DNA of 64,000 nt from a virus, in IMG/VR virus record IMGVR_UViG_3300033475_000008, positions 27,441-91,440 of that record; one strand, given 5' to 3'. The notes beneath the pieces are model-generated. The model saw only the letters and a list, made by a program, of their open reading frames with translations. It was not told the origin of the DNA and did no database searches. Positions within the stretch are counted from its first letter, which is position 1, and each line of letters begins with the position of its first letter. The position numbers and the translations under genes are program-made. Shown in pieces: positions 36,952-46,240 of the stretch.

Positions 36952-38566
36952 TCTCGTCCTCCTCACTCGGGGTGCGTTCCAACAGGTCCGGGGCGTCAAC
37001 CCCACAGTAGGGGCACTTGTCTCGAGCCACACCGGCTACCTCGGCCAGGTAGCTGCGGGTGCAGCCTGGGCAGTTCACCGCGCCGTAGGCGTTCATCCAG
37101 GTGCCACGTGTGGTCCAAAAGGCTTGCACGACGGCGTCACCCCGGTCAGTGGAGCGGCCGATCCGCTTCTTGATCTGGTCCTTGGACTCGACCTTGAGCT
37201 TGCCCCCGGATAGTGACTCCTCGGACCGAGGCGCGGTAAGGTCACCGAGGAGCTCGTCGTCGTCAGGGAGGCACACGATGGAACCAGCTGAGGGGTCCAG
37301 TAGTTCTCGCAGGTTGTACCAAGCCGCAGCTCGAACGTTGAGGAAGTGCATCTCGCCGGTGCTGTCTCGACGGTTGGTCTTGCCGGAGGCGACGAAGGGC
37401 TGAGCCTTGTGACCCTGCTCCTTGAGCCGGTCATACACGCCGGCGCCGATCCCGATGACGTCGACGATGGCAGTGGCCTTCTCATCATGGTTGAGGATGC
37501 CAGCCACGCGACCCGTGGTCTGCATGGTGTCTGCCAGAGCGTGGGTGCGCAACTCAGTGATGACGTGGTCCTGGCGGATCGCGAACACGGTCTTGTCTGC
37601 GCCGGAACGAGCCACGTCCACCCCGACGGTGTGAGGGAGACCCGGGTCCTTGCGACCGGCGGCCACCCACTCGTGCCAGCGCTCCACGGCGGCCTCGGCC
37701 CAGGACAGTGGGATGATCGAGTCTTCCTCGCCAGCGTGGAACTCACCGAGAACTCGGTTTTGGAAGAGAGCGCTGGTCTCACCCCACTGCCGCTTGCGGT
37801 CCTCCAACCACTTGAGAGAGATCCGATCCGCGGCGATGGCCTCATCTACGGTGACGTGCCGGACGTACCAGTCCTCGTAGCCTGGCTTCCGGGCCTGGAT
37901 GTCATAGAACCGGCCAGCAGGTGGACCAGGGGTGGACAGAGCCATAGCGTAGGTCTCACCGGTACCTGAGAAGGCACCCTCACAGGCGTCAAACGTACCA
38001 GCTGGGATGGACTTGGACTCGTCGTAGATGAAGAGCAGGGAGTCAGCGTGAGCACCCTCGATGAGTGCTGGGTTGCTGCAAGCCGCGGCAAAGGCACTGC
38101 CGTGAGTGAGTCTCAGGTTGAGGTTGAGAAGCTCGTTGCCCTTGAACGGGGTGTCACGGACCTTCTCCCACTTGATCCTAGCTGCCCACTTGCGGATCTC
38201 TGGGGCCAGGTAGTTGATGAGCTGTCGCCAGGCACCAGCCGTGTAGACGCATTTCCAGTCCACACCGGCCGCGTCTCGAGTCAACGCGAACCAGAGGATG
38301 GTGACCGCGCTGGTGGTGGACTTACCGAGACCGTGGGGACCGCGCACCGAGACTCGATGCTTCTCGGAGAGAAGTCCCAGGATGTCCTGCTGGTACGCGG
38401 TGAGACCGTCACTGGTCCAGTTGATGCAGTCCTGCGCGAACCCGACCGGGTCGTGGTAGTACTGCGCGACCGAGGCCTTGAGCTTGGCAGCTTCGCGCTG
38501 AAGCTGCTGGAGGTGGCGGAGACGTTCCAACTTGACCACGTCAAGTGAGTCGATGGTGTCAGTCAT
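36938..38566 (-). CDS. terL: Terminase large subunit
   Basis: Walker A GPHGLGKST, Walker B FIYDE, nuclease VGVDVARSGADKT and STDRGDA; C-terminal zinc ribbon. Confidence 0.95.
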   Translation of the reverse strand: MTDTIDSLDVVKLERLRHLQQLQREAAKLKASVAQYYHDPVGFAQDCINWTSDGLTAYQQDILGLLSEKHRVSVRGPHGLGKSTTSAVTILWFALTRDAAGVDWKCVYTAGAWRQLINYLAPEIRKWAARIKWEKVRDTPFKGNELLNLNLRLTHGSAFAAACSNPALIEGAHADSLLFIYDESKSIPAGTFDACEGAFSGTGETYAMALSTPGPPAGRFYDIQARKPGYEDWYVRHVTVDEAIAADRISLKWLEDRKRQWGETSALFQNRVLGEFHAGEEDSIIPLSWAEAAVERWHEWVAAGRKDPGLPHTVGVDVARSGADKTVFAIRQDHVITELRTHALADTMQTTGRVAGILNHDEKATAIVDVIGIGAGVYDRLKEQGHKAQPFVASGKTNRRDSTGEMHFLNVRAAAWYNLRELLDPSAGSIVCLPDDDELLGDLTAPRSEESLSGGKLKVESKDQIKKRIGRSTDRGDAVVQAFWTTRGTWMNAYGAVNCPGCTRSYLAEVAGVARDKCPYCGVDAPDLLERTPSEEDESVSA

Positions 38567-38578
38567 GCCACCTCCTTG

Positions 38579-38607
38579 TTTACATTGACGCCACGTCGTG
38601 GTAGGGT
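38579..38607 (+). promoter_or_regulatory. Promoter (TTTACA-17-TAGGGT)
   Basis: Motif family member. Confidence 0.7.
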
Positions 38608-38645
38608 GTACCTAGCATCGACTGAGATGAGACTGAGGAGAGACG

Positions 38646-38903
38646 ATGAGCTTCATCGTGATCAATGATCAGACCGCGGACCACTCGAACACCGTCGAGC
38701 GAGGTGAGCACCTGATGAAGGTGATCGCGGTGATGGCGGGTGAGCACGTCCCCGGTTCTGACACTCAAGAGATGCAGAACGCGATCCAGGCCTACCTGCC
38801 GGACGCGATCGCGGACCTCTTGGCAGTGACTTACGAGATGGGCCTCAACAAGGACTGGATCCTGCAGAAGGCACTGCAGTTGTTCAACGACAACTACTCG
38901 TGA
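38646..38903 (+). CDS. Hypothetical protein inserted between terS and terL
   Basis: Own promoter, GAGGAG RBS and terminator. Confidence 0.75.
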   Translation: MSFIVINDQTADHSNTVERGEHLMKVIAVMAGEHVPGSDTQEMQNAIQAYLPDAIADLLAVTYEMGLNKDWILQKALQLFNDNYS

Positions 38904-38916
38904 CAAGCACGACAAC

Positions 38917-38944
38917 GAGGGCCCTACCGTCAGGTAGGGCCCTC
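38917..38944. terminator. Bidirectional hairpin
   Basis: 12-bp inverted repeat between convergent genes. Confidence 0.65.
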
Positions 38945-38949
38945 TGTCG

Positions 38950-39501
38950 TCAGTTGACGTCTGTACCGGGCTGGGTCGTGCCGCGGTTGAGCTCTGCCTC
39001 AAGCCGCTTGATCTCCGACTCGACGCTGTCCACGGAGATGATCTCAGAGCGAGTGGGTGCCTGGTAGCCCAGGAGCTTGGCCTTCTGCTCCTTGACTCGC
39101 ATGATCCGGTCCATGACTTCCATGACCAAGCGATTGTCATCCAGGGGCTCACCGGTCTCGCCGTGGATGACCCGCCCCTGGTTGACCAGGATGTGCTTCT
39201 GGTCCAGGAGCTTCCACAGGCGGTACTCGAGCTCGTCCAGTCCCTGGAAGTCCAGGTAGCGGTACTCGTCATGAGCGAACCGAACCGCGGTGGCCATGGC
39301 TCGTTTGATGGCCGCGGAAGCTCGTCGGGGGTCGTCACCCAGGTTGAGTCGCTGGCAAATGTCCTCCAGTGACCAACCCAGGGCCTTCAAGCGAGCAGCC
39401 TCAGAGTCTCGCTCCGTGCCCTTCTTGGTCACCGTGGCGCCATGGCGAGGGAACGAGAGAAGATAGCGGTCGATCTCCAGGTCCGGGTCAGCGTCTGTCA
39501 C
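38950..39501 (-). CDS. terS: Terminase small subunit
   Basis: HTH (LKALGWSLEDICQRL) and IMRVKEQKAKLLG motif; upstream of terL. Confidence 0.75.
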   Translation of the reverse strand: MTDADPDLEIDRYLLSFPRHGATVTKKGTERDSEAARLKALGWSLEDICQRLNLGDDPRRASAAIKRAMATAVRFAHDEYRYLDFQGLDELEYRLWKLLDQKHILVNQGRVIHGETGEPLDDNRLVMEVMDRIMRVKEQKAKLLGYQAPTRSEIISVDSVESEIKRLEAELNRGTTQPGTDVN

Positions 39502-39620
39502 GTCACACCTCCACCACCGTGAGACACCTCTGATACTGATCTCACTATATCCCAGCGGCGGTGTGGGGTACAGTGACCACCACCCTGACCTACTACGTGT
39601 CGTTGTAGTATGATACACCC

Positions 39621-40265
39621 ATGCCTGATCACCGCGACGCGTCCCTGGTACAGCGAATGCGAGACAGCTCGATGACCGCGCAGCGCCTCATGGCCTGCCT
39701 AGAAGATCTAGTGACAGAGCCAGTGCAGCGTCGAGAAGACGTGGTGAGGCGGACTACTCGTACCGGGTCATCTCCCTCCTGGCACTCTCAAGCCGCGTAT
39801 CTCGTGTTGGAGCTCAGTAAGATGTCTCGAGGGATCGAGCTCAGGTTGAGGCTCATGACTGGTGGCAGCGTCAGCGTCAGAGGTGGCAGCGACCTCAACA
39901 CCGCTCTGGCCCTGCAGACTCTTCCCTCTCTGGCGGCGGGTGTCCAGGGTGACCTGGACCTTGAGGGGGCGTGGCAGTGCTGGGCGATCCTGGACCGGTG
40001 GTGCAACCGGGCTCAGTTGGTGCTGGGTGAAGTGGAACCCTTGACTCGCGTCCCTCGGTTACCAGGACAGAAGGAAGCCAGGTGCCCGTGGTGCCACTGT
40101 CAGACCCTGCGCTACCAGCGACAAGCTGGCTTGGTACGATGCGTGAACCCGGCTTGCCTGGACGGGACTGGGCAGCGCCCGCTGGCCCAGGTGGAGTTGG
40201 GTCGACTGAGCGGTGAACCGCTCCTGGTGTGGAGAGACGGAGCTGTCGGAGTGGTGGCCGCGTGA
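39621..40265 (+). CDS. Actinophage zinc-ribbon regulator-like protein
   Basis: CPWC...CVNPAC; followed by an HTH gene. Confidence 0.65.
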   Translation: MPDHRDASLVQRMRDSSMTAQRLMACLEDLVTEPVQRREDVVRRTTRTGSSPSWHSQAAYLVLELSKMSRGIELRLRLMTGGSVSVRGGSDLNTALALQTLPSLAAGVQGDLDLEGAWQCWAILDRWCNRAQLVLGEVEPLTRVPRLPGQKEARCPWCHCQTLRYQRQAGLVRCVNPACLDGTGQRPLAQVELGRLSGEPLLVWRDGAVGVVAA

Positions 40266-40516
40266 ACCGAGGTTGGTCCAGTGAGGGTCTACCCGTGGTA
40301 GGTGAAGATCCCACGTTGTGGACGGTGACTGACGCGACTCGCCTACTGGGTCCGCCTCAGCTCACCCCGGCTCAGCTGCGGACTCGACTGCGAGTAGCAG
40401 GACTGGCACCAGTAGGGAAGAGACGAGTGACTGAGGCTGGCCACAGTGGTCGCCACGCCAGGGTGTACCCAGCCTCAGAGTTGATCGCCCTCTACGAGTC
40501 CTGGTCAGCGGACTGA
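40262..40516 (+). CDS. Small HTH DNA-binding protein
   Basis: WTVTDATRLL...GRHARVY. Confidence 0.6.
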   Translation: MNRGWSSEGLPVVGEDPTLWTVTDATRLLGPPQLTPAQLRTRLRVAGLAPVGKRRVTEAGHSGRHARVYPASELIALYESWSAD

Positions 40517-40710
40517 CCGTCTAGGAACCGCTGAAGCTCCTCGTCAGTGAGCCAGTGACTGGTCCGACGGAACCGGCGCAGGGTGCGTACCGCGTAGCGG
40601 TAAAACCCGCAAGAGGCCTCGTAGCCGAGGTTGGTGGTGAACACGACCATCCCGCAGAAGAAGGCAGCGAGGATGATCCCGATGATGACCCACTCTACAG
40701 CAGTGATCAT
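40492..40710 (-). CDS. Small membrane protein
   Basis: N-terminal TM segment. Confidence 0.5.
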   Translation of the reverse strand: MITAVEWVIIGIILAAFFCGMVVFTTNLGYEASCGFYRYAVRTLRRFRRTSHWLTDEELQRFLDGQSADQDS

Positions 40711-41324
40711 GAGTCCGGCTCCTCGTCCATCGTGGTGCCGGCGGTGGTCACGGGGATGAGACCCGTGGGTGCCTCGGTGTCACTGGCGTGTCTGGCCCGG
40801 TTGAGGATGGCACCGACCAGGGCGGGGACCACGGTCTCCTCGGCGTCAAGATCGTCACCGTCACGCCAGAGGTGCTGGACGTCGACCATGGCCGCGTGCT
40901 GGTTGCGACTGCTGCGCCGAGCGAGCATGGTCTCTCGCCACTGCCCCTGTTGACGCTTCTCCGCGAGGAGCTCTCGGAAGGTGCGGTCCAGGTCCTCCAG
41001 GAGCTCAGTCGCGATGGGGCCGAGCTCTCGAGTGTAGGGCCGCTCCAGGTGAGTGACCGGTCCCGGTTCATCAAACTGCTGCTGGAGTTCCTCCGCGGTC
41101 TCCAGGGTGGACTTGAGCTCTCGCAGAGCCAGTGACGTGGTGCGGTGACGAGACGCGAGGTCCACGTCACTGGGCTGCTGAGGTGCCGCGGGTCCCCAGT
41201 CAGGCTCGTCGTCGAAGAACGCGCTGTGCTCCGCGGAACTGAGGAGCGGTTTGTGTTCCTCGAACACCGGTCTGGTGGTACCATCGAGCCACGTCTGGTA
41301 CCACTTCTTCAATCGCTTCACCAT
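40707..41324 (-). CDS. Hypothetical protein
   Basis: GAGGAG RBS. Confidence 0.6.
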   Translation of the reverse strand: MVKRLKKWYQTWLDGTTRPVFEEHKPLLSSAEHSAFFDDEPDWGPAAPQQPSDVDLASRHRTTSLALRELKSTLETAEELQQQFDEPGPVTHLERPYTRELGPIATELLEDLDRTFRELLAEKRQQGQWRETMLARRSSRNQHAAMVDVQHLWRDGDDLDAEETVVPALVGAILNRARHASDTEAPTGLIPVTTAGTTMDEEPDS

Positions 41325-41357
41325 CGGGATCTCCTCACTCGGGTAGAACGGTGTGAC

Positions 41358-42158
41358 TTACACGGCGGTCGCGTCGAAGATGATCGACGTCGTCCCGGGA
41401 ACGAGTTGCAGGATCGCTCCACGACAACCGGCGATGAGGTCTGCCGGGATCTGAAGGGTCCCTGAACCGTCGGCAGGCAACCAATTGGTCTCCAGAACCT
41501 TTTGCGGTCCCTTGGCCATCGGAAGGGTGACCTTCAGGTGCGGCTGTCCCAGGCTGGAGTCGTAGTTGCATTGGATCACGTGACAGGACCCAGCGGGCCA
41601 CGTCAACCCAGCGCGACCGTTGATAGAGGTAGCTTGCATGTCGTTGTCCTTCTTGCTTGACGTTGGTGTCGACGCTGGTGGAGTGGGTGTCGGGTCCACG
41701 CCTGGCCAGTAGTCAGCGACGCTGGAGAGGTCCCAGTAGGTACTGGACTGGTACTGCTTGGCGACTGCCCCGGCAGGGATGGCGGTCTCACCGTCGTACT
41801 TGGCGACCCAGTAGTGGGGCTGGGGCACGTCGTGAGTGTCAAACGCGGCCTGGATAGCGGGCCACCCGGTCTGCGCGTTGGTCTGGTTGCAGTAGACCGT
41901 GGGGTCCATCCCAGCGTGACGCCGCAGCAGCACCCAGTTGACGGCGTCCTCTGGGCCGCAGTTGCCGGGCTCGCAGTCGAGGACGTGGCCGTCGTTGGTA
42001 GTGGGGTGCACCGCGATGCGCACCTTCACGCTGTGGGGGAAACGGGCCCAGTCCGCGGCAGACCAGGCGTAGTTGCCGTCCACGTAGCCAGCGACGAGTT
42101 GAGCGGTTACCGGGATGCGAGAGGCGTCTGAGTCGATGCCGTCATACATGGTCCTCAT
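41358..42158 (-). CDS. Endolysin, GH25-like muramidase fold plus C-terminal domain
   Basis: MYDG, AGYVDG, VLDCEPG, PTVYCN, YWVAKY, AKQY, WDLSSV; Pro/Thr linker. Confidence 0.75.
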   Translation of the reverse strand: MRTMYDGIDSDASRIPVTAQLVAGYVDGNYAWSAADWARFPHSVKVRIAVHPTTNDGHVLDCEPGNCGPEDAVNWVLLRRHAGMDPTVYCNQTNAQTGWPAIQAAFDTHDVPQPHYWVAKYDGETAIPAGAVAKQYQSSTYWDLSSVADYWPGVDPTPTPPASTPTSSKKDNDMQATSINGRAGLTWPAGSCHVIQCNYDSSLGQPHLKVTLPMAKGPQKVLETNWLPADGSGTLQIPADLIAGCRGAILQLVPGTTSIIFDATAV

Positions 42159-42260
42159 GGACGCTCTCCTCACGTGGATGCTGGCCCTACCGCGGGAAGA
42201 AAACGGTAGGGCCAGCGGTCTATGTGGACATCCTATCACGGAAGGATGCCTGGTGACAGG

Positions 42261-42662
42261 TCAGCAGTCGTCCTCGTCGTTGACGTCACCGGAGATGTCT
42301 TCGCAGTCCGCGCAGGTCGTGACCTGCTTGCCGTCTGCGTCGAACTCGTTGTCTGCCTCGAACTCGATGCCGCACTCGTCACACTCGATCATGGAGGGAC
42401 TGGCCTTACCGTAGACCGGCTTCTGGGACTTACCGACCCAGCCGTTCTCGTAGTGGGCCTGGGTCTCGGCGGCGTACGCCTTGCGGGCCTCGTCGATGTA
42501 GGGCTGCAGGAACTCGCGGAACGCCTGGTTCGCCGCGTCGTAAGCCGCGAACCCGAAGTAGTGGGCCCGAGTGGCATACATCTCCAAGAACTCCTCGCGC
42601 TGGGCCCGGAGGGCCAGCTGCTCGGCCCGGAACTTGATCCACTGTGCGCGGTTGAGCTTCAT
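42261..42662 (-). CDS. Zinc-ribbon hypothetical protein
   Basis: Promoter and leader identical to the DUF932 leader; CDEC..CADC. Confidence 0.7.
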   Translation of the reverse strand: MKLNRAQWIKFRAEQLALRAQREEFLEMYATRAHYFGFAAYDAANQAFREFLQPYIDEARKAYAAETQAHYENGWVGKSQKPVYGKASPSMIECDECGIEFEADNEFDADGKQVTTCADCEDISGDVNDEDDC

Positions 42663-42710
42663 GGTGGTCTCCTCAATCACTCGGCGCCAGCTCCCTGGCC
42701 TGTTGGGTAT

Positions 42711-42784
42711 AACCTATCACGGCGTGGCGTAGATGTAAACAGTCTCGTGGCTTTGTTTACACGAGTACGCACCCTATATAAGGT
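42711..42784. promoter_or_regulatory. Divergent promoter pair
   Basis: Minus strand TTTACA-17-TAGGTT (42739-42711); plus strand TTTACA-17-TAAGGT (42756-42784). Confidence 0.7.
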
Positions 42785-42815
42785 AGCCCCAGGAGTTGAG
42801 AGTGAGGAGAGAGTG

Positions 42816-43436
42816 ATGACCCTACAGATGAAGAGCGTGGAGCAGCTCCGAGCGCAGAGCTCTGTGACCGAGGAGGGACTGAGTCGCGGTCACCAGCTCG
42901 GTTTGACCACGGTGCAGGTGGAACTGCTGTCCCTCCTGACCGAGGGGATGAGCAACGTCGAGGCCGCGGAGCGCCTCGGCACCACCGTGGACAGCGTGAA
43001 GCACCGCCTCAAGGAGGTGTGCAAGCTCCTGGGGGTGCAGGGTGCCTCAGCAGGTGAGAGGCGAGCTCGAGCCGTGCTCACCAGTTGGCTGTTCGCGGCA
43101 GGGGTACTGCCTCGCCTCTCCCCGGGCAAGGACCCCATGTGGCGCCGCTACCTGACCAAGCGTGAGGCTGAGACCCTGCTGGGCCTGGCCGTGGGGAAGA
43201 GCAACGACGAGCTCTCTGAGTGGCTGAACATCACGGTGGGCACGGCGAAGACCCACGTCCAGTGGCTGATCAGAGTACTGGTGGCCCAGGAAAGAGTGCA
43301 CGCCGTACGCCGCGGCTTTGAGCTGGGTATGCTGGACGTGATCCGTCCAGAGGAATCTGGTGGTGAGTGGCTCGTGCGAGTCCGACGTCGTCGCGACGAG
43401 GGGTGGCTCGCTGAGTTGCCCCTGCCCGTGGCCTGA
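42816..43436 (+). CDS. Tandem LuxR-type HTH regulator
   Basis: Two LT..E...L..G.SN...A..L.....TVK.H motifs. Confidence 0.85.
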   Translation: MTLQMKSVEQLRAQSSVTEEGLSRGHQLGLTTVQVELLSLLTEGMSNVEAAERLGTTVDSVKHRLKEVCKLLGVQGASAGERRARAVLTSWLFAAGVLPRLSPGKDPMWRRYLTKREAETLLGLAVGKSNDELSEWLNITVGTAKTHVQWLIRVLVAQERVHAVRRGFELGMLDVIRPEESGGEWLVRVRRRRDEGWLAELPLPVA

Positions 43437-43441
43437 CGTTG

Positions 43442-43470
43442 TTTACATTGCTACACCACGGTGGTATGCT
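43442..43470 (+). promoter_or_regulatory. Promoter (TTTACA-17-TATGCT)
   Basis: Motif family member. Confidence 0.7.
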
Positions 43471-43524
43471 GTTACCAGTATAGAGTGAGATGAGTGAGTG
43501 ATGAGACTGAGATGAGGAGATCAC

Positions 43525-44532
43525 ATGTCAGCGCGAGGAGCGATGCTCGGTCTGGCCTACGGTGACTGCCTGGGTGGCCCCGTGGAGTTCAGCACGGAGA
43601 AGAAGGCCAGGAAGGTGTATGGCCGCAAGTTGAACCGGTGGTCCCTGCCCCGGAACGGGCGAGTCACCGACGACACGCAGATGGCTCTGGCCGTGGGTGA
43701 GGCCGTGGGTGAGGCACTGTACGTCAAGGACACCTCAGTTCACTACGTGATGGACCAGCTCGTGAACGAGCTCATCACGTGGTACCTGTCCCCGGACAAC
43801 ACCTATGACCGGGCACCCGGCGGGACCTGCATGACCGCGTGCCGGAAGCTCACGGAGGGTCACCACTGGCTCGCCTCCACGGACCCACATTCCAAGGGCT
43901 GCGGGGCCAACATGCGAGTCGCCCCGGTGGGTCTCGTGGACAGTCTCTCTGTGGAGCACCGCAGTGGGATCGCGCAGTTGCAGGCCGCGATGACCCACGG
44001 TCACCCCACGGCGTTGATCGCGTCTGACGTGACCCAGCAGGCCGTGTGGCTGCTCAACCACGGCACGGCACCGAGGCAGCTCCTCGTGGAGCTGATGGAC
44101 TACTGTCACAGCCGGTTGGGCCAGTACCACGAGGCGTGGCTCGGCCCCCTGTGGCGAGCAGGCAACCACTTCAGCAACCCGAACGGCTACGTCAACGCCG
44201 GTTGGTACGAGGTGCACAACGCCCTGGTGAAGGTGAACCGGGCACTGAAGAAGCCGCACCTGATGAAGCTGGACCCGAGCCTGGTCACCGGTGAGGGTTG
44301 GGTCGCCGAAGAGTGCCTGGCCACGGCGCTGTACTGCTTCCTGCAGTACCCGGATGACCCGATGAAGGCTCTGCACCGGTCACTGCTCACCAAGGGTGAC
44401 ACGGACAGCCTGGCCGCGATGACCGGCACGTTCGTCGGTGCCTACCACGGTGAGGGAGCGTTCCCGAAGGCGTGGCAGGAGCGGATCGAGTACCAGCGGC
44501 GGCTTCTCCGAGTCGCTGACCAGCTGAGTTGA
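43525..44532 (+). CDS. ADP-ribosylglycohydrolase (DraG/ARH family)
   Basis: GLAYGDCLG.PVE, TDDTQM, GCGANMR.APVG, THGHP and GDTDS motifs. Confidence 0.93.
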   Translation: MSARGAMLGLAYGDCLGGPVEFSTEKKARKVYGRKLNRWSLPRNGRVTDDTQMALAVGEAVGEALYVKDTSVHYVMDQLVNELITWYLSPDNTYDRAPGGTCMTACRKLTEGHHWLASTDPHSKGCGANMRVAPVGLVDSLSVEHRSGIAQLQAAMTHGHPTALIASDVTQQAVWLLNHGTAPRQLLVELMDYCHSRLGQYHEAWLGPLWRAGNHFSNPNGYVNAGWYEVHNALVKVNRALKKPHLMKLDPSLVTGEGWVAEECLATALYCFLQYPDDPMKALHRSLLTKGDTDSLAAMTGTFVGAYHGEGAFPKAWQERIEYQRRLLRVADQLS

Positions 44533-44566
44533 GGAAAGACCGTGACACGACGCAGCGCTCACAGTG

Positions 44567-44595
44567 TTTACATTGTGAGCGCTGCGTGATATATT
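44567..44595 (+). promoter_or_regulatory. Promoter (TTTACA-17-TATATT)
   Basis: Motif family member. Confidence 0.7.
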
Positions 44596-44638
44596 GGTTC
44601 TACCAGCACAGTGGTGGTGGAGAGACGAGGAGACTGAG

Positions 44639-45112
44639 ATGACTGACGAAGAGACGCTCAAGAAGCTCATCGAGGACGAGATGATCGCCGTCGTGGTTGA
44701 CTCGCTCTCTCACGAGCTGACGGTCTACATCCTCACTGACGTCCTGCACGGCGACTGCGTGGTTGCCGCCAAGGTCGCCTCATGGCACCCGATGCACCGC
44801 CTGATCGTGAACCAGGTCAACAGCGGCGTGCTCGAGATCACCGAGGGTGACGGTACCAAGGTCGCCGCTGACGGTGAGGTCGACTACGCGGACTCCCTGC
44901 GTTACGTCCAGAGTGAGAACACGACGTGTGAGAAGATCATCCTCAAGTGCGAGATGGAGGGTCTCTCCAACTGCACCGGCGTGAACGTCCGACTCCGCGT
45001 GAACGAGTACAACCGCGTCTTCCACGGTGACGAGGACGAGCGCCTCATCTGCGACGGCTGTGACGAGGAGCTCAAGCACCTGGTCAAGACTGACGGTGAG
45101 ATCGGAGAGTAA
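44639..45112 (+). CDS. Hypothetical acidic Cys-containing protein
   Basis: GAGGAG RBS after the promoter. Confidence 0.65.
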   Translation: MTDEETLKKLIEDEMIAVVVDSLSHELTVYILTDVLHGDCVVAAKVASWHPMHRLIVNQVNSGVLEITEGDGTKVAADGEVDYADSLRYVQSENTTCEKIILKCEMEGLSNCTGVNVRLRVNEYNRVFHGDEDERLICDGCDEELKHLVKTDGEIGE

Positions 45113-45117
45113 CTGAC

Positions 45118-45273
45118 ATGCTGCAGCGACGAGCCACGTGGATCAACGGCGTGCACCGCGCCGGCAAGCGCAAGGTCTGCCGCTGTGGTGACCACCGCCA
45201 CGGCACCGGCGCCCAAGAGCGCCGGCGGGCCCGGCGTCGCGAGGACCGCACCTGGCGCCGAGAGGGAGAGTGA
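45118..45273 (+). CDS. 51-aa Arg-rich peptide (absent from the ORF track)
   Basis: Hand translation MLQRRATWING...CRCGDH...RRRARRREDRTWRR; fills the operon gap. Confidence 0.5.
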   Translation: MLQRRATWINGVHRAGKRKVCRCGDHRHGTGAQERRRARRREDRTWRREGE

Positions 45274-45686
45274 GCGAGATGACGTGGAAGGACGAGTACG
45301 TCAAGGCGATGACAGCGTTCATGCTGCGACACGGTGAGGTCATGGGTACCTATGTTCGAGACGAACACAGTGAGTCCATGCGGGACCACGTCAACGACGT
45401 GAAGATCCGTAAGCACCTGTCTCACGACAACGCCACGGTGCATGAGATGAAGGAATCCAGGTGGGAACAGGGTGGTGACACCTTCACCGAGGGCACCGAC
45501 ATGAACGGGATCGACCTGATCGTCTCATGTGACTGCGGTGAGGTGGACCACCGGCGCATCCGGTACGAGGGCTCCGTGGGAGAGATCCTGATTGGGATCT
45601 TCATGGAGGAGATGGATACCACGACCTGCAAGGGGTGCACTGGAACGTGCTGCACCGGGGTGGGAAGCGACCCCTGCACCTGCTGA
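45270..45686 (+). CDS. Hypothetical Cys-rich protein
   Basis: Coupled gene followed by a hairpin at 45694-45728. Confidence 0.6.
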   Translation: MSEMTWKDEYVKAMTAFMLRHGEVMGTYVRDEHSESMRDHVNDVKIRKHLSHDNATVHEMKESRWEQGGDTFTEGTDMNGIDLIVSCDCGEVDHRRIRYEGSVGEILIGIFMEEMDTTTCKGCTGTCCTGVGSDPCTC

Positions 45687-45740
45687 GATCACAACGAGAG
45701 CCGGCACCGTTTAGGCGCCGGCTCTCGTCATGTGTGAAGC

Positions 45741-46034
45741 TCAGGCCTGCTGCTCGTCCTCGGCTGGGGTCTCCTCGGCCGGAGCAACCGGTGCCTCGGT
45801 CTCTTCAGCTGGTGCCTCTTCAGCTGGCGGGGCGGTCTCAGTGGTAGCCGAGGGGGACACGCTCACCGGGGTGTCTGCCAGGGCCACGACGGCCTGACCG
45901 GCCAGCTCCTGCACGGCCTGGACGACGGTCTCCCCGGCCTCTCGAACGATGGGCTCCTCGTGCTGAAGCAGGGACCGAGCCGCGGTCTCGATGCGCTGCA
46001 GCAGGGCGTCAAAGTACTCGCCAGTTCGTGACAT
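45741..46034 (-). CDS. Hypothetical protein with acidic tail
   Basis: GGAGG RBS; promoter TGGACA-16-TATATT at 46100-46073. Confidence 0.6.
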   Translation of the reverse strand: MSRTGEYFDALLQRIETAARSLLQHEEPIVREAGETVVQAVQELAGQAVVALADTPVSVSPSATTETAPPAEEAPAEETEAPVAPAEETPAEDEQQA

Positions 46035-46240
46035 GGATCCTCCGGGACGTCGTATCGTGGTGTCTGGTAACCAATATATCCCACCGTTAAACGGTGTCCA
46101 CGCTGGCTGCCAGGGTCAGTTGGCAGGGCACCTGACCGTGGCGACCCGGGTCGGTACTGAGACGGTGGCCGCGGTAGCGGGAATCGTGACCGGGGTGAGC
46201 GGCGACAAGGTGGGAACCGTGACCACGGCCTGGAGGTAAC

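Noticed and set aside
42222-42815. N-terminal 198 aa of the 404-aa ORF
   Set aside because: Antisense to a real gene and spans a promoter pair; the true start is at 42816.
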